64,000 nt of DNA, from assembly GCF_009914755.1 (NCBI RefSeq), contig NC_060930.1. One strand, given 5' to 3'. Under the pieces are notes generated by a model. It was not told where the DNA came from and searched no databases. It saw nothing but the letters and a program-made list of their open reading frames with translations. This document shows positions 1 to 12,035 of the stretch, piece after piece. The translations under genes were made by a program, and so were the position numbers. Position 1 is the stretch's first letter; each line of letters begins with the position of its first letter. Source of the DNA: the human T2T-CHM13v2.0 reference genome, Homo sapiens.

Positions 1-149
1 AGCAGAAAAGTAGAGAAAAGCAGGACAAAAAAGAATAGCGTTTCTGGCTTCACCCACTACACACATCTTTAGAGTTCCATAAAAATCAGCCACCAATAGG
101 ATATACGCTGCTTTTTCAGGTGTTGATAGAAATAATTTTTTACATGTTT

Positions 150-192
150 TGTGTGTGTGTGTGTGTGGGGGGGGGGGGGGTGGGGGTAGGGG
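150..192. repeat. (TG)n microsatellite running into a G14 homopolymer and further G-runs
   Basis: tgtgtg... 150-166, G run 167-180, then ggggg (182-186) and gggg (189-192). Confidence 0.95.
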
Positions 193-794
193 TTCGGAGC
201 AAAGGCACACAGCATAGAGAACAGAGAAGAATTTGGTGTGTTTAAATACATTTACCTAGATGATGACTATTGATGTTTTCTTTATCATTACAATAGATTA
301 CAACTCCTAGTATGTGTTTTCTTTTCACATTTTCTTTTCTATTTCCATCACTTTTTCTTTCCTTGTATGTACTGTTTTATTCTTTTGTCCTCTGGCAATT
401 GAAAGAAATGTATAATTCTACTAATTGTTGCTTTTGATGTAAACTTTTCAAAATTTTTTCTTAATTATCTTGCCAAGAATAAAGCAATTTCTATTGACTC
501 CCCATATGAAATCTATGAAACTCAGTAAAATCTAGTTTTTAATAACTTCCTATATTCTACAGATATGGTATCTTTTAAACTCTGAATAATATAATTATAT
601 TAATTTTGTTATTTTATTTCCTCTTTAACATTTATTAACATATCTATTAGATGATATAGCCATATTATAATAACAAAAATAAATTTTAAACCTGGTTAAA
701 AATATTTTCAATATTAGCCCTTTTATACCCCCTTTTTTTAAGTTTTAATTTTGGTTTATTTCTCAGTATACTATAGTATACTTTCAAATGTGGC

Positions 795-1203
795 GTGGAC
801 TGAAGATTTTAAAGTTCCAGATCTAATTTATTCATGTAGGTTCATACTCATTACAATAAACTGCTTTTTAAGATTTGCTGGGCCATTCCTTCATTAAAGC
901 AGACAAGAAAAATATCTTTGTAGGGTAAACAATTATCTATCAAAAGGTTTCAGCATTATTTATTTTATAAATCTTAGGGAATCACTAGTACTTAATTCTA
1001 CTCAGTGGAGGTGAGGATCCTAAAAGTATTTCAGCATATCTTTTGTTTTGGCTGGTTTCAATCATGAGAATTTTAAAAGCAAAACTGTGTTGATTTCATG
1101 TTCATTTAATTTTACAAACTATTGTATATTCCTAGGTATACATTTTGTCTATATGGAAGTGTCAATCATTATATAGAAATCATTATAGTCATTGAAATTT
1201 AAA
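795..1203 (+). repeat. Copy 1 of a 409-bp local direct duplication (partner 3265-3673)
   Basis: Ungapped manual alignment at offset 2470; about 42 mismatches in 409 bp (~90% identity). Confidence 0.95.
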
Positions 1204-1637
1204 CGCACCAAGATATGCCTAGGTGTTGACCTCCTTTTATTAATATACATACTTTTTACTTTATGATCTTCTTCATATTTCCTTAGCTCATAATAATGTT
1301 TTTCTTTTATGTAGTGATTATATCTTATTTTCCATTGTTTCCATCTTCTCCTTCAAGAGCCATAGAATTTAATCTTGCAATAGCCTTTATCATAGCTCCA
1401 TTTTCTCTGACTGGTTTACTCACATCATTGATATTCATTCGTATTCTAAAAAGCTATGTTAAGTTTGTCTTCTATATCAACTTATTCTGCAAAAGGTTGA
1501 TTTGATAGACTATTCATTCTATCACATTTCAGGAGCAAAAAGCATTTTACAGTAGATAGGATGAGATTGGGAATAATCCATCTAGACTTTCTTTCAGTTA
1601 CTCACAGGGCTGCTCTCCTCTTGATATACAGACTTTC

Positions 1638-1938
1638 CAAAGAAGAAAGAGAAAGAAAAGGAAGGAAGGAATGAGGGAGGGAGGAAGGAAAGAAGGAAGG
1701 AAGGAAGGAAGGAAGGAAGGAAGGAAGGAAGGGAGAGTGATGGAGAAAGAAAGAAAGAAGGAAAGAAAGAAAGAAAAGAAAGAAAGAAAGAAAAGCAAGA
1801 AAGAAAGAAGGAAAGAAAGAAAGGAAGGAAGGAAAGAAAGGGAAAGAAAGGAAAGGAAGAGAAAGAAAGAAAGAAAGAGAGAGAAGAAGGAAAGAAGGAA
1901 GTAAAAAGGAAAGGCAGAGACAGAAAGAGAGGAAGGAA
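1638..1938 (+). repeat. Purine-rich compound microsatellite (GGAA)n/(GAAA)n
   Basis: ~300 bp almost entirely A/G, with 9 consecutive GGAA at 1695-1730; explains the F/S/L-rich and E/R/K-rich ORFs here. Confidence 0.97.
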
Positions 1939-2926
1939 TAGATCAATTTTATCTATAATAGAGATTATATTCAATACTGTTTCCATTTGCAATTTATTAT
2001 CAGTTTTAATATCAGTTTAGCTACAATCTTTTCTCATATTAGTTGATTTTCCTTTCCTTTTATACTTCTGTACTTGAATTCTTTATTCTCCAACAGTCTA
2101 TGTTTCCTTGCATTTTGTCGAAAGCACAAAGTAGGTACTCTGATACATATTGTGTTCACTAGTAAAGCATTTTCAAAACTAAAAACACACTTACCCCTGA
2201 AAATGACTTCTGCTTTCTATACAGCAAATATTTCTTTAACAGTTGGCAAGCTTCTTTCTTTTCAGTTAACTATTTTTTTTGTTTGTTTGTTTGCTTTTTA
2301 ATGAGTAGAGTTCTCTTTGACCTGGTATTTATCCAAAAAGTGCTAACATTTTGGGATCCTTGCGTCTGGAATATTGTTAAAATTTTACTCATCAATGGTA
2401 ATCATGAAGACTTGCGACATACTTCACATTTCCTTTTATGTGATTCAGCCAGTCTCCTCTACTCAACTTCCACAGTATTTAGCTGCATTCTCAATAAGAA
2501 CACTATTTTCCAGTCTTTATTAGTTTTCTTCAATGTGATCATATCTCCTGCATGTCTAGAAGACAGTCCTAAACTTTTTAGCATGTGAATGGCACTCTGT
2601 CTCCATTTCTAATGCTGAGGCAAGATCAGACCTTGGGGAAATTAGAAAAAAAATAACTGAAGCTGTCATCTTACCCAGGTATCTTTCCCATTTTGTTTAC
2701 CCTAGTTTTGTTTCTAAAATTTTCATTCGGTTACTATACTTTTCCAAGATGACAAATATGTGTGTGTAATATATCACAGGAATCGAATCTGTGAACATTA
2801 AGATTTTTCAGTGGATAGTAATGTCTATTATGTTTTCTACCATTGGATCAGTTCTAGAATAAAATAATTCAAAATATAAACTTTAGTCTTATCATTATCA
2901 TTATAATTTTTTACATTACTTAATTA

Positions 2927-2997
2927 TTAGGTTGGTGCAAAAGTAATTGAAAATTGTTGGATGCAGTTTTAATGGCAAAAACCGCAATTACTTTTGC
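2927..2997. mobile_element. MADE1 (Hsmar1-derived mariner MITE), right TIR truncated and centre altered
   Basis: ttaggttggtgcaaaagtaattg ... ttttaatggcaaaaaccgcaattacttttgc matches the recalled MADE1 palindrome; terminal accaacctaa is missing. Confidence 0.88.
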
Positions 2998-3191
2998 TCT
3001 AGAATTTAATGAGTTTCCACTAGTCAGTTTTTGTTTTTGTTGCAATTGCTTTTGAGGAATTAGTCATAATATTTTTCCCCACAGCTAATATCCAGTGTGG
3101 TTTTTCCTAGGTTTACATCTAGGATTCTTACAGTTTGAGGTCTTACACTTAAATCTTTAATCCATCTTGAATTAATTTGTTTATATGGTAA
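2996..3191 (-). mobile_element. Short L1 ORF2-region fragment closely matching 4505-4697 of the neighbouring L1
   Basis: tttttgtttttgttgcaattgcttttgaggaattagtca and aaatctttaatccatcttga occur in both places, initial offset 1509. Confidence 0.88.
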
Positions 3192-3264
3192 TATATAGAA
3201 ATTAACTAATAAGAAAAACTACAGCAGTAGTTTTTGCACTTTAAAAATGTTCTCAGAAAATTGA

Positions 3265-3673
3265 GTGGACTGAAGATTTTCAAGTTCCACATCTAATTTA
3301 TTCAAGTACGTTCATAGTCATTGTAATAAACTGTTTTTTAATATTTGCTAGGCCTTTGCTTCATTAAAGCAGACAAGAAAAATGTCTTTGTAGGGTAAAC
3401 AACTATCTATCAAAGGGTTTCAGTATTATATATTTTATAAATCTTAGGGAACCACTAGTACTTAATTCTACTCAATGGAGATGAGGATCCTAAAAGTCTT
3501 TCAACATATCTTTTGTTTTGGCTGGTTTCAATCCTGAGAATTTCAAAAGCAAAGCTGTGTTGATATCATGTTGGTATAATTTTATAAAATATTGTACATT
3601 CCTAGGTATACATTTTTTCTATATGGAAATATCACTCAGTATACAAAAATTCTTATATTCATTGAAATTTAAA
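3265..3673 (+). repeat. Copy 2 of the 409-bp local direct duplication (partner 795-1203)
   Basis: Both copies begin gtggactgaagatttt and end cattgaaatttaaa. Confidence 0.95.
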
Positions 3674-3782
3674 ATGGAAAATATAATAAAGATGAATATT
3701 AAAATACTACTATATTAAATTTTTTTCACAACAGTTGCTTTTATTTATTTTTCATGATGAGTATTTCATTTCTTTTCATGAA

Positions 3783-5554
3783 TTTATTTTTTTAACTTTT
3801 ATTTAAGACTCGGAGGTACATATGAGGTTTGTTACCTGGGTACATTTTGTTATGCTGAGTTTTGGTGTACAAATGATCCTGTCACCCAGGAACTGAGCAT
3901 AGTACCAAATAGGTAGTTTTTCAACTCTTGCCCCAACTCTCCCTCTCTAATGATTAGCAACATGGGACATATTTTCATATACTTTTTGGCCACTTGTATG
4001 CCTTGAGAAGTGTCTGTTCATGTCTTTTGTCCACTTTTTTTTTTTTTTTTTTTTTTTTGAGACAGAGTCTCGCTCTGTCGCCCAGGCTGGAGTGCAGTGG
4101 CGATATCTTGGCTCACTGCAAGCTCTGCCTCCCGGGTCCATGCCATTCTCCTGCCTCAGCCTCATAAGTACGTGGGACTACAGGCACCCACCACTTCACA
4201 CGGCTAATTTTTTGTATTTTTAGTAGAGACCGAGTTTCATCGTGTTAGCCAGGATGGTCTCGATCTCCTGACCTCGTGATCCGCCCACCTCAGCTTCCCA
4301 GAGTGCTGGGATTCCACGCGTGAGCCACTGCGCCTGGCCCTTTTGCCCACTTTTTAATGGGGTTGTTTTTTTGCTTGTTGATTTGTTTAAGTTCCTTATG
4401 AACTCCAGATATTAGACCACTGTTGGATGCACAGTTTGCAAATATTTACTCCCATCTGTAAGTTGCCTATTTATTCTCTTTGTAGTTTCTTTTGCTTTGC
4501 AGAAGCTCTTTAGTTTAATTGGGTCCCAATTGTCAATTTTTGTTTTTGTTGCAATTGCTTTTGAGGAATTAGTCAAAATTTTTCCCACTGCTAATGTCTT
4601 CAGTGGTTTTCCCTAGGTTTTCCTCTAGGATTCTTATAGTTTGAGGTCTTACATTTAAATCTTTAATCCATCTTGAGTTAATTTCCATATAAGGTAAAAG
4701 TTAGGGATCCAGTTTCATTCTTTTACATAGGGCCAGTCAGTTATACCAGCACCATTGATTGACTAGGAATTCCTTTCCCATTGCTTGTTTTTATTGACTT
4801 TGTTGAAGATAAGATGACTGTAGGTGTGTGGCTTTATTTCTGTGTTCTCTATTCTGTTTCATTGGTCTATGTTTCTTTCTTTGTACTAGTACCATGATGT
4901 TTTGATTACTGTAGCTTTATAGTATAGTTTGAAGTCAGGTAATGTAATGCCTCTGGTGGTCTTCTTTGTTTTTTATGATTGTTCAGGCTCTTTTTTGGTT
5001 TCATATAAATTTTGGAAGATTTTCTAGTTTTATTAATATTACATTGGTAGTTTGATAGGAATAGAGTTAAATGTGTAGATTGCTTTTGGCAGTATGGTTA
5101 TTTTAACTATATCAATTCTTCCAATCTATAAGCATAGAATGTTATTTTATTTGCTTGTGTCATCTATGATTTCTTTAAGCAGTGTTTTATAGTTCTTGTA
5201 GGTATCTTTTACCTGCATGTGTAGATATATTTTTACATATTTTAGTTTTTTTGTGGCTATTGTAAATGGGATTGCATTCTTGATTTGACTCTCAGCTTGA
5301 ATATTATTGGTGAATAAAAATGTTACTGATTTTTGAACATTGTTTCTGTATGCTGAAACTTTACTGAAATATTTTTATTAGGTCCAGGGGACTTTTGGCA
5401 GTCTTTAGGGCTTACTGAGAATATAATCACATTATCAAAGAAGAGAGATAGTTTGTGTTTTTCTATTCCTATTTAAATTCCATTTTTTCTTTCTCTTACC
5501 TGATTCCTCTGGCTAGCACTTCCAGTATTGTGTTGAATAGAAGTGATGAGTGGG
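3783..5554 (-). mobile_element. 5'-truncated older primate L1 (L1PA13-16/L1PB-like), 3' end plus ORF2 3' part, interrupted by an Alu and internally deleted near 3947
   Basis: T-rich tail then ggtacatatgaggtttgttac...gatcctgtcacccagg (L1 3'UTR antisense); antisense ORF2 motifs gcagaagctctttagtttaatt, gtatagtttgaagtcaggtaatgt, attgtaaatgggattgc. Confidence 0.9.
4035..4339 (-). mobile_element. AluY-like SINE
   Basis: T24 tail; cactgcaagctc, gttagccaggatggtctcgatctcctgacctcgtgat diagnostics; TSD cttttg(t/c)ccacttttt on both sides. Confidence 0.93.
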
Positions 5555-8470
5555 AAGTATTTAGAATATCTTCAATTATAGATAATGATTTAGATTATTA
5601 GATTCAAGTGTAGACAATAATTAAGAAGTAATGATTGAAACTAGCATTTTAAAAGTTGCCATTGGATTAGCAAAGAAAAGAGATTAATATATGTTTGTCC
5701 ATTGGACTTCTCTCGTAGCTTTGAGAAAGGTTCATTAGCTTAGTTGATGATACTGTTCTTTTCTACTGGTATCATCCATAAAGAAGGAGATCAATTAGAT
5801 AATAAGTGCTCTGTTGACAGTGTGTTATAATTTTCTTTGAGTTTAAACACATTATTTCTAAAATACTATTCTAGTTTACTATATTATCCATGTTGTTATA
5901 ATTAGAGCACCCTGAACTTTTTATATCTTTACTTGAAACAAAATTGTTCATTTATTTTCATTTGAAGAACTGTTTTGGGTTTTGGCCAATGAATAATGTA
6001 TGTTTTATTCCTAAGGCAAAGTTATTCACCTGTTGGAAATCACATAAATGCCAACCACTTCTTTTCACAGCCTGATTGGAAATTATTTAATGACTTTTTA
6101 GTAGTGTTTAGCAAAGCTGAGAAAATCGTATCTAATCTGTTATTCCCTGTTGTTTCTGGGAATTCTGTTTAACAGCAAAACACTACTAATACAATAAACG
6201 TCATGTTTAAATATTCCTGATTTCTACTATTTGTCTCATGCCAAGCTATAAAACTAGTTTAAAGGCGATGGCTATGGTTTTTGTCTGATCTAGTCTTGTC
6301 CTGCCTTGCCTTGCCCTTCCTTTTCTCAAATAACTGGGCATATTAGCATTCAGTTCATGAACAGTTCTGTTGATGAGAGTTAAGAAGACAATTTATAGAG
6401 CCAAATATGTCTTAATATCATCTCTATGTCTACATTCAGAGATAACCTTTAACTGTACTATCCATTTGACCAGAAGTTTCTTTTCAGCTGCTCCATCATT
6501 GTAATATTTACTTTAGTGAAGCCATGGATTCTAAAAAGTTGTTCCAAGTTGTATTAAGTATACAACTGATCAACTGATAGATGACAAAGCACTACAGCCT
6601 TTATATTTGCAATGTAACTACTGCTTTCCCAAACAAATATTTTCAGCTTTCACTTCAAAAATCAGTTTCCTTTCTCCCAAGGCATTTGAAATGTAGGATT
6701 GAAAGAAAGTTATATAGATCTATAGCTGAACCATATTTGAGATGTTTTGAACTCTAATTCTTTTCAGCATTTTTTAAATCAGAATGTCCGTCTAGTCCAG
6801 TTTTATTCATTATTAAACACATTCCACTGACTGTTAATAACAATCAATTAAGAATCCCTTGGTGTCCTGTGGTCCACTTCCTAATCAAGAGCAGCCAAAA
6901 TAATGTTGGCCATGAGCTCTGCCAAATAGACAATTAGCCACTGATAATTTGTTTCAGTTAAAACTTCTACTTACGATAAATGATCAGTTCCAACAACACA
7001 TAGTATCATGTTATTTGGATGCTTTGGTACCTGTGCTCATGCAGATTAATTATTTTACTTCAACTGTTTTCATTCTTTTACAGATATTGACTAAATTTCA
7101 AGGATAAACAATAAGAAATATTACAATAAATAATAGCCAAAATACTTAAAGTATGGAATCCTTGGCAGTGTAAGTACATATTAAGAGATGATTTATAGGA
7201 GAAAACTAGTAAAAACCTAAAATGGTCATTTTATCATTTAACACAAACAAAAACTATTAAAAAAAATTCTGCTGCCAGATTATCTTCAAGAGAGGCTCTC
7301 TCATGTCAGCAGAAGGCAAACATAGAATAAATTGCAAGAATTCAGGCTGCCAGCTTAAAAAAAAAAAAAAGAGCCAGGTGAAAAAACCATTTACCCATGA
7401 GCTAGGAAGGATCCCAAGTCTATTGACGCAGTATTTTTTTTTTAATACAGTGTGACATGCTTCCTCATAATATTTGAATTGTGATTTAGTATGACCATCT
7501 CCCTCATTAGACTGTGGACATGTAAAGGGCAGGGACTCCGCAGTGTGTATTATAGCTTTCATTGTTTAAAGTTAGAGTGATATGCAATTGATGTCCTAAA
7601 ATGCAGAGGACCTTGTTTCCCCCATTCTACATCTACAAATAGAATTTGAGAAGAAGTGGTGAAGCAAGTCCATGTTGTATTCCTTGGGGCTCACTTTCTG
7701 TGGTATCTGATTCACTTTCTTCAGTGATTTTTCTTGAGAAAATGTGTATTTTATTTTATCTCAAGATATAAAATAATTTAACAACTATGGCTGGTATTGT
7801 TATAAATATATAGTCACTAATTTACATTTTAAATTTCATTTGTAAATATATAGTTGCTCATTTCTTATAGGCAAAATGATGCATGTTACTGATTTGTTTA
7901 AAAGCATTCTATTTAAAATGTAATACAATACAAATATATTTAATCTATATTTACATATACCATTTTAAAATCTGTCTTTACACGATTCCCTCTTTTAAAA
8001 ATATTTTGAGTGAAAAATATCATTTGAAATAAGGCATCAACCACCTTAGTAAATCATTAACTAGAACCTTTAAGCCAACGGCTTTCCAAACTGTTGCCAC
8101 CTCTAAGATCTTCCCTTTGTACAGTCTATAAATATTAATATTTCACACCTTGAATTCCTTATGGCTACTTCAATCTCAACATCTGAATTTTATCATTTCC
8201 TCAACAAATATACTTTTCATTTCACAGTTCTGTCAATAGCATTATTATTCTTTTAGACATCTAAAGGCTCAAATTTTGAAATTTCTTCAATCTTGTTAAT
8301 TACATGTCCGTGCAGTTGGCAAAGTCTTCCTTTGCTTTGCATTCACTCTACAATTTATTTATCCTTGAAGAACAATCAAATTGCATCTACTCTGTCATAT
8401 TTTTTTCTTAGTTATAACCTACTTGTTTTGGTTTTCTATTGCAATTTTTTTAAATTCTAAGGAATTTACC

Positions 8471-8493
8471 AAAAAAAAAAAAAAAAAAAAAAA
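8471..8493 (+). repeat. Poly(A) homopolymer (A23)
   Basis: Directly visible; no adjacent SINE/LINE body recognised. Confidence 0.9.
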
Positions 8494-11400
8494 GCTTAGA
8501 AGTCATTTTGGGTTTACGTACTGAAAGATGTATGAAGAAAAATAATTTAAAAATTGTTTGGGGGTTGTATTAATAGTTTACTTGGAGAAGAAAAGATATT
8601 CTACATTGTAAAAATATATATTTAATTTAACACAGTTTTTAAAACATTTTTGGAAATATAATTGTCTAGAATATATATTTCTCTTTTAACTTTAAGTACT
8701 TGTGCTTTCAAGAATGTACAATACTTTTACAATTTTTAAAAATTAGCACAGTTCTTAGTGGTTCTTGACTTGATTTTCCAAAACAGTCTTCCTTGAGAAA
8801 GTTTGGATTTCTTTCTTTCTCTCTCTATAAAGATTAATATGCTTTTAATGATTGCAGCCTATATGATTACAAATAAATAATTTAAAATTTGGGGTTTGAA
8901 TTTGATTAATAATTATTAAATCTTAATTAACTTTTATCAGTTTATGAACATTGGGCATTTATATTCCTTCTTCCTGCTGAAAATAAGAATTAAATAATTT
9001 ATAGCTGTCATTCCAAGAGTGAAAAAATTCTGAGAATAAAAGCTGATGTTATTAAAACTAGAACAACCTAAATCTAAAGCTCAAAGATGATTATTAAGAA
9101 CATTCATTTATCAAATGTTATGATATACAAATTCTTATGTGGAAACGAAACTAGTTTAGGATATCATTAAACCCTTTAAAAATGTTTTTGTCATGTCATG
9201 GGCCTCCCAGAGCCATCCAACTTGTATACTAATTATTTTTTCTTGGCTACATGCTGTTTTAATTACATTCATTATTTCTGTCATTCTGCAAAATCTTATG
9301 CATGGAAGTGTTGGTGGCCTGGTGCATAACCATTGCTTTTTCCCTGCTGTGCTAATGGCTTAAGTCCAAGCTGAGGTGCAAATGAAATGAGTTTAGAAGG
9401 CTAAATCTGGCCCCCAGTTAATTTGCTTCACAAACCTGCTACCTACTTTTTTTTGTTCATAAGCTGGCTCAGTTACAAATCTATGTTCATAAAGAACCCC
9501 AAAGTTAGACTGAAATTTGTTAACTTTTATCCATACTGAGTATCAGTGATGCTGTTAGCAGGAAGTCCAACTAGAAGAAGAAGAAAGAAAGAAAAATTCA
9601 AGTATATTATGATTCTTATTAGAAATGTAATTTTAGCAAACAGAAATAAAAGTTTAGGAGGAAAAATTCAGGAAAATTCAATATAGAAAAATTATGTCGG
9701 GGGCATTTTTGACAACTTTTCCTATGAAGAATTTTCAGTCATATTTGGCTAAAAGTATTAATCTTTCCACTTTTCCACTTGATTTTAAACAAAAAGAAAG
9801 ATATTTTCCATTGACATCAATTACTTTCCTCTGTTCCTTGTACAATTCTATCCTTGGTGTGCACCATGATCCCTTCTTTTCTGTTCTATTTTCTAAATGG
9901 AATAGAAACATGCTCTGAAATTCCCCCAAACACAAATGGCCTATAATCACAACTTATCTCTGTGATAGAAAACATTAACAGTCATTACATTTAACAAATA
10001 AACATTTTTAAATGAATGATTTGCAAAGGTGTTCATCTATATATTTGTATCATTTACAGACTCTGTGTAGAAAGTTATAACATCTATTAAATTTTCAAAT
10101 GTTAGCCTTTTGGGGATTAGAAAATAATTGGCATATACAGAAGATATTCTCGTCCTGTGTCAAGTGATTAGAAACACAAAAAGTAATTCTTTGTGTGTCT
10201 CTAAGGTGTGTATTATTCAATCCATAATGTTTGATGGCTTTGTTTTTTGTTTCATTTGCTTTGCAAAGACAGACTTCAGTGCACGTTATTTATTATCACC
10301 AAAGAAAGATGCAAATTATGACCTCTGCTCTCTAGAAATTGACTTTCAAAGGTGCAAAACAGATAATCATACACATATAAATCATACAAGATTGTTGCTT
10401 TTATATTACGGTTATGTTATTTTTTGTTCATTGCTATTTATTGAAAACAGCAATTTAATGTATAAGAATAACAAAATAAAACAAAATTGGAAACACTTTT
10501 GAGAATAGCAAAACGGGTTCTAAGAAACTATTTACACTTCAGATATTGTTAATTGGCCTAATGAAATGGGCAGTAAAATTTTAAAGAAAATGATAAATAA
10601 CAATTAGACAAAACAAAGAAAATACTTAGAACAGTTTTCAGAATTCTGTTGGAATGACAAAGGAGCATATATGTGTTTTTAGAAATTCAGGTAAGTATCC
10701 TCTCCTGGCAAAGTTGTCCGTTGCACCTACCTTTGTGGGCTTCCATATGCAAGACTGGAATGACTACAGCATTAAGGGCACACAGCCAGCAGACAAGATT
10801 AAACCCACTATGCAGCCTTAGAGTTAACACTATAATATTTTCCTAGGTATGATGAATCAAATATCATAGCGTGCTTTTTAAAATCTCCATGCTTGTTCAA
10901 TAAAGCTGAATTCCTTAAGGATATCAATGAAAATAAATAATAAAGAATATGACATTTAAATTCTCCAGAATTTTGTTTTACGCTGTATATAAATATCTAC
11001 AAATACTTGTGTTTCCATTTTACTATCTTTAATTGATATAATTTATTGTTTAATTTAACCCTAATTTTCTCTCAGGCTATGGCATTTAACTTATCTGAAT
11101 TGTCATCAAGTGGGCTTCTTTCATGAATCGGTACACTTGGGTATATCCAGCAAACTTGGTCTTAAAAGTTCTTTCTATAGGCTTTCACTCAACCTTTGAT
11201 CTTTATCTAGTAAAAGAGACCTTCAACTGTGTATTTACCATCTCTTTAGCAAAAGATCACATATGTCCTTTGAATTTTTCTGTTTTTCTCTAACTTATCC
11301 TGCCTCAGTGCATAGAGAAAAGAAAAAAAAAAAGAACAAAGAACAGAAAATCATATTGTAATGTGGAATTGCTATTGTTTGAAAACCTGGTGGTTCTCTT

Positions 11401-11869
11401 CTCAATGGATGTTTCTCAAGAAGTGATCTAAATTTTTTCCTGAGTTTTATTTTAGATGCAATCTATCAGAACTCCCTTTTTTTGTCTTCTTTCTTTCTCT
11501 ACCTATAGAAACCTTATGGCTTTCTCTACTTGTAGTCGGTCCCTGTATAAGTCACAGAAGGTCACCGATAGTTTCCAGTGGAGCCTCTGACTCAGAATAT
11601 TATTTATTATAAAGATTTAAAGTTATGAAAATCTCTCCTTAAAACAGATTATAACTTTTAAAATACATCTCCACTAGATATTAAACACTTTTATAATAGA
11701 AATATAATGTCCTGAATTTTCAAAGCCATTTTTTTCTTTTTGATAACAACTTGATTCATGAATGCAATTAGTCACCAAAAAAATACGAATTTAAAAACCT
11801 CTGTACACACATTTTTTCTATGTGGGTTCCTCAGAATAGATTGTCATGTTTTATTACAACACTTTCATT

Positions 11870-12035
11870 TCCCATGTACATTCATGTCTATTATCTAATT
11901 TTATCTAAAGCACTTCTGATAGGTAGGTAGAGAAAGGTCATTTAATCCGCATTTTATAAATGAAGATAGGAGAGTACAGAAAAGCTAAATGACTTGCCCA
12001 AGGCCATATTCATCTCTGCAGTAACTCTGTACTAG
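11870..12035 (-). mobile_element. MIR remnant
   Basis: cattttataaatgaag...aaatgacttgcccaaggcca resembles the antisense MIR core. Confidence 0.65.

Noticed and set aside
1594-1992. Overlapping hydrophobic and charged ORFs resembling membrane or coiled-coil proteins
   Set aside because: Translations of the (GGAA)/(GAAA) tract.
795-3673. The 409-bp direct repeats as LTRs of an unknown retroelement
   Set aside because: No TG...CA termini, TSD, primer-binding site or polypurine tract at the boundaries, and the intervening DNA is not retroviral-like.
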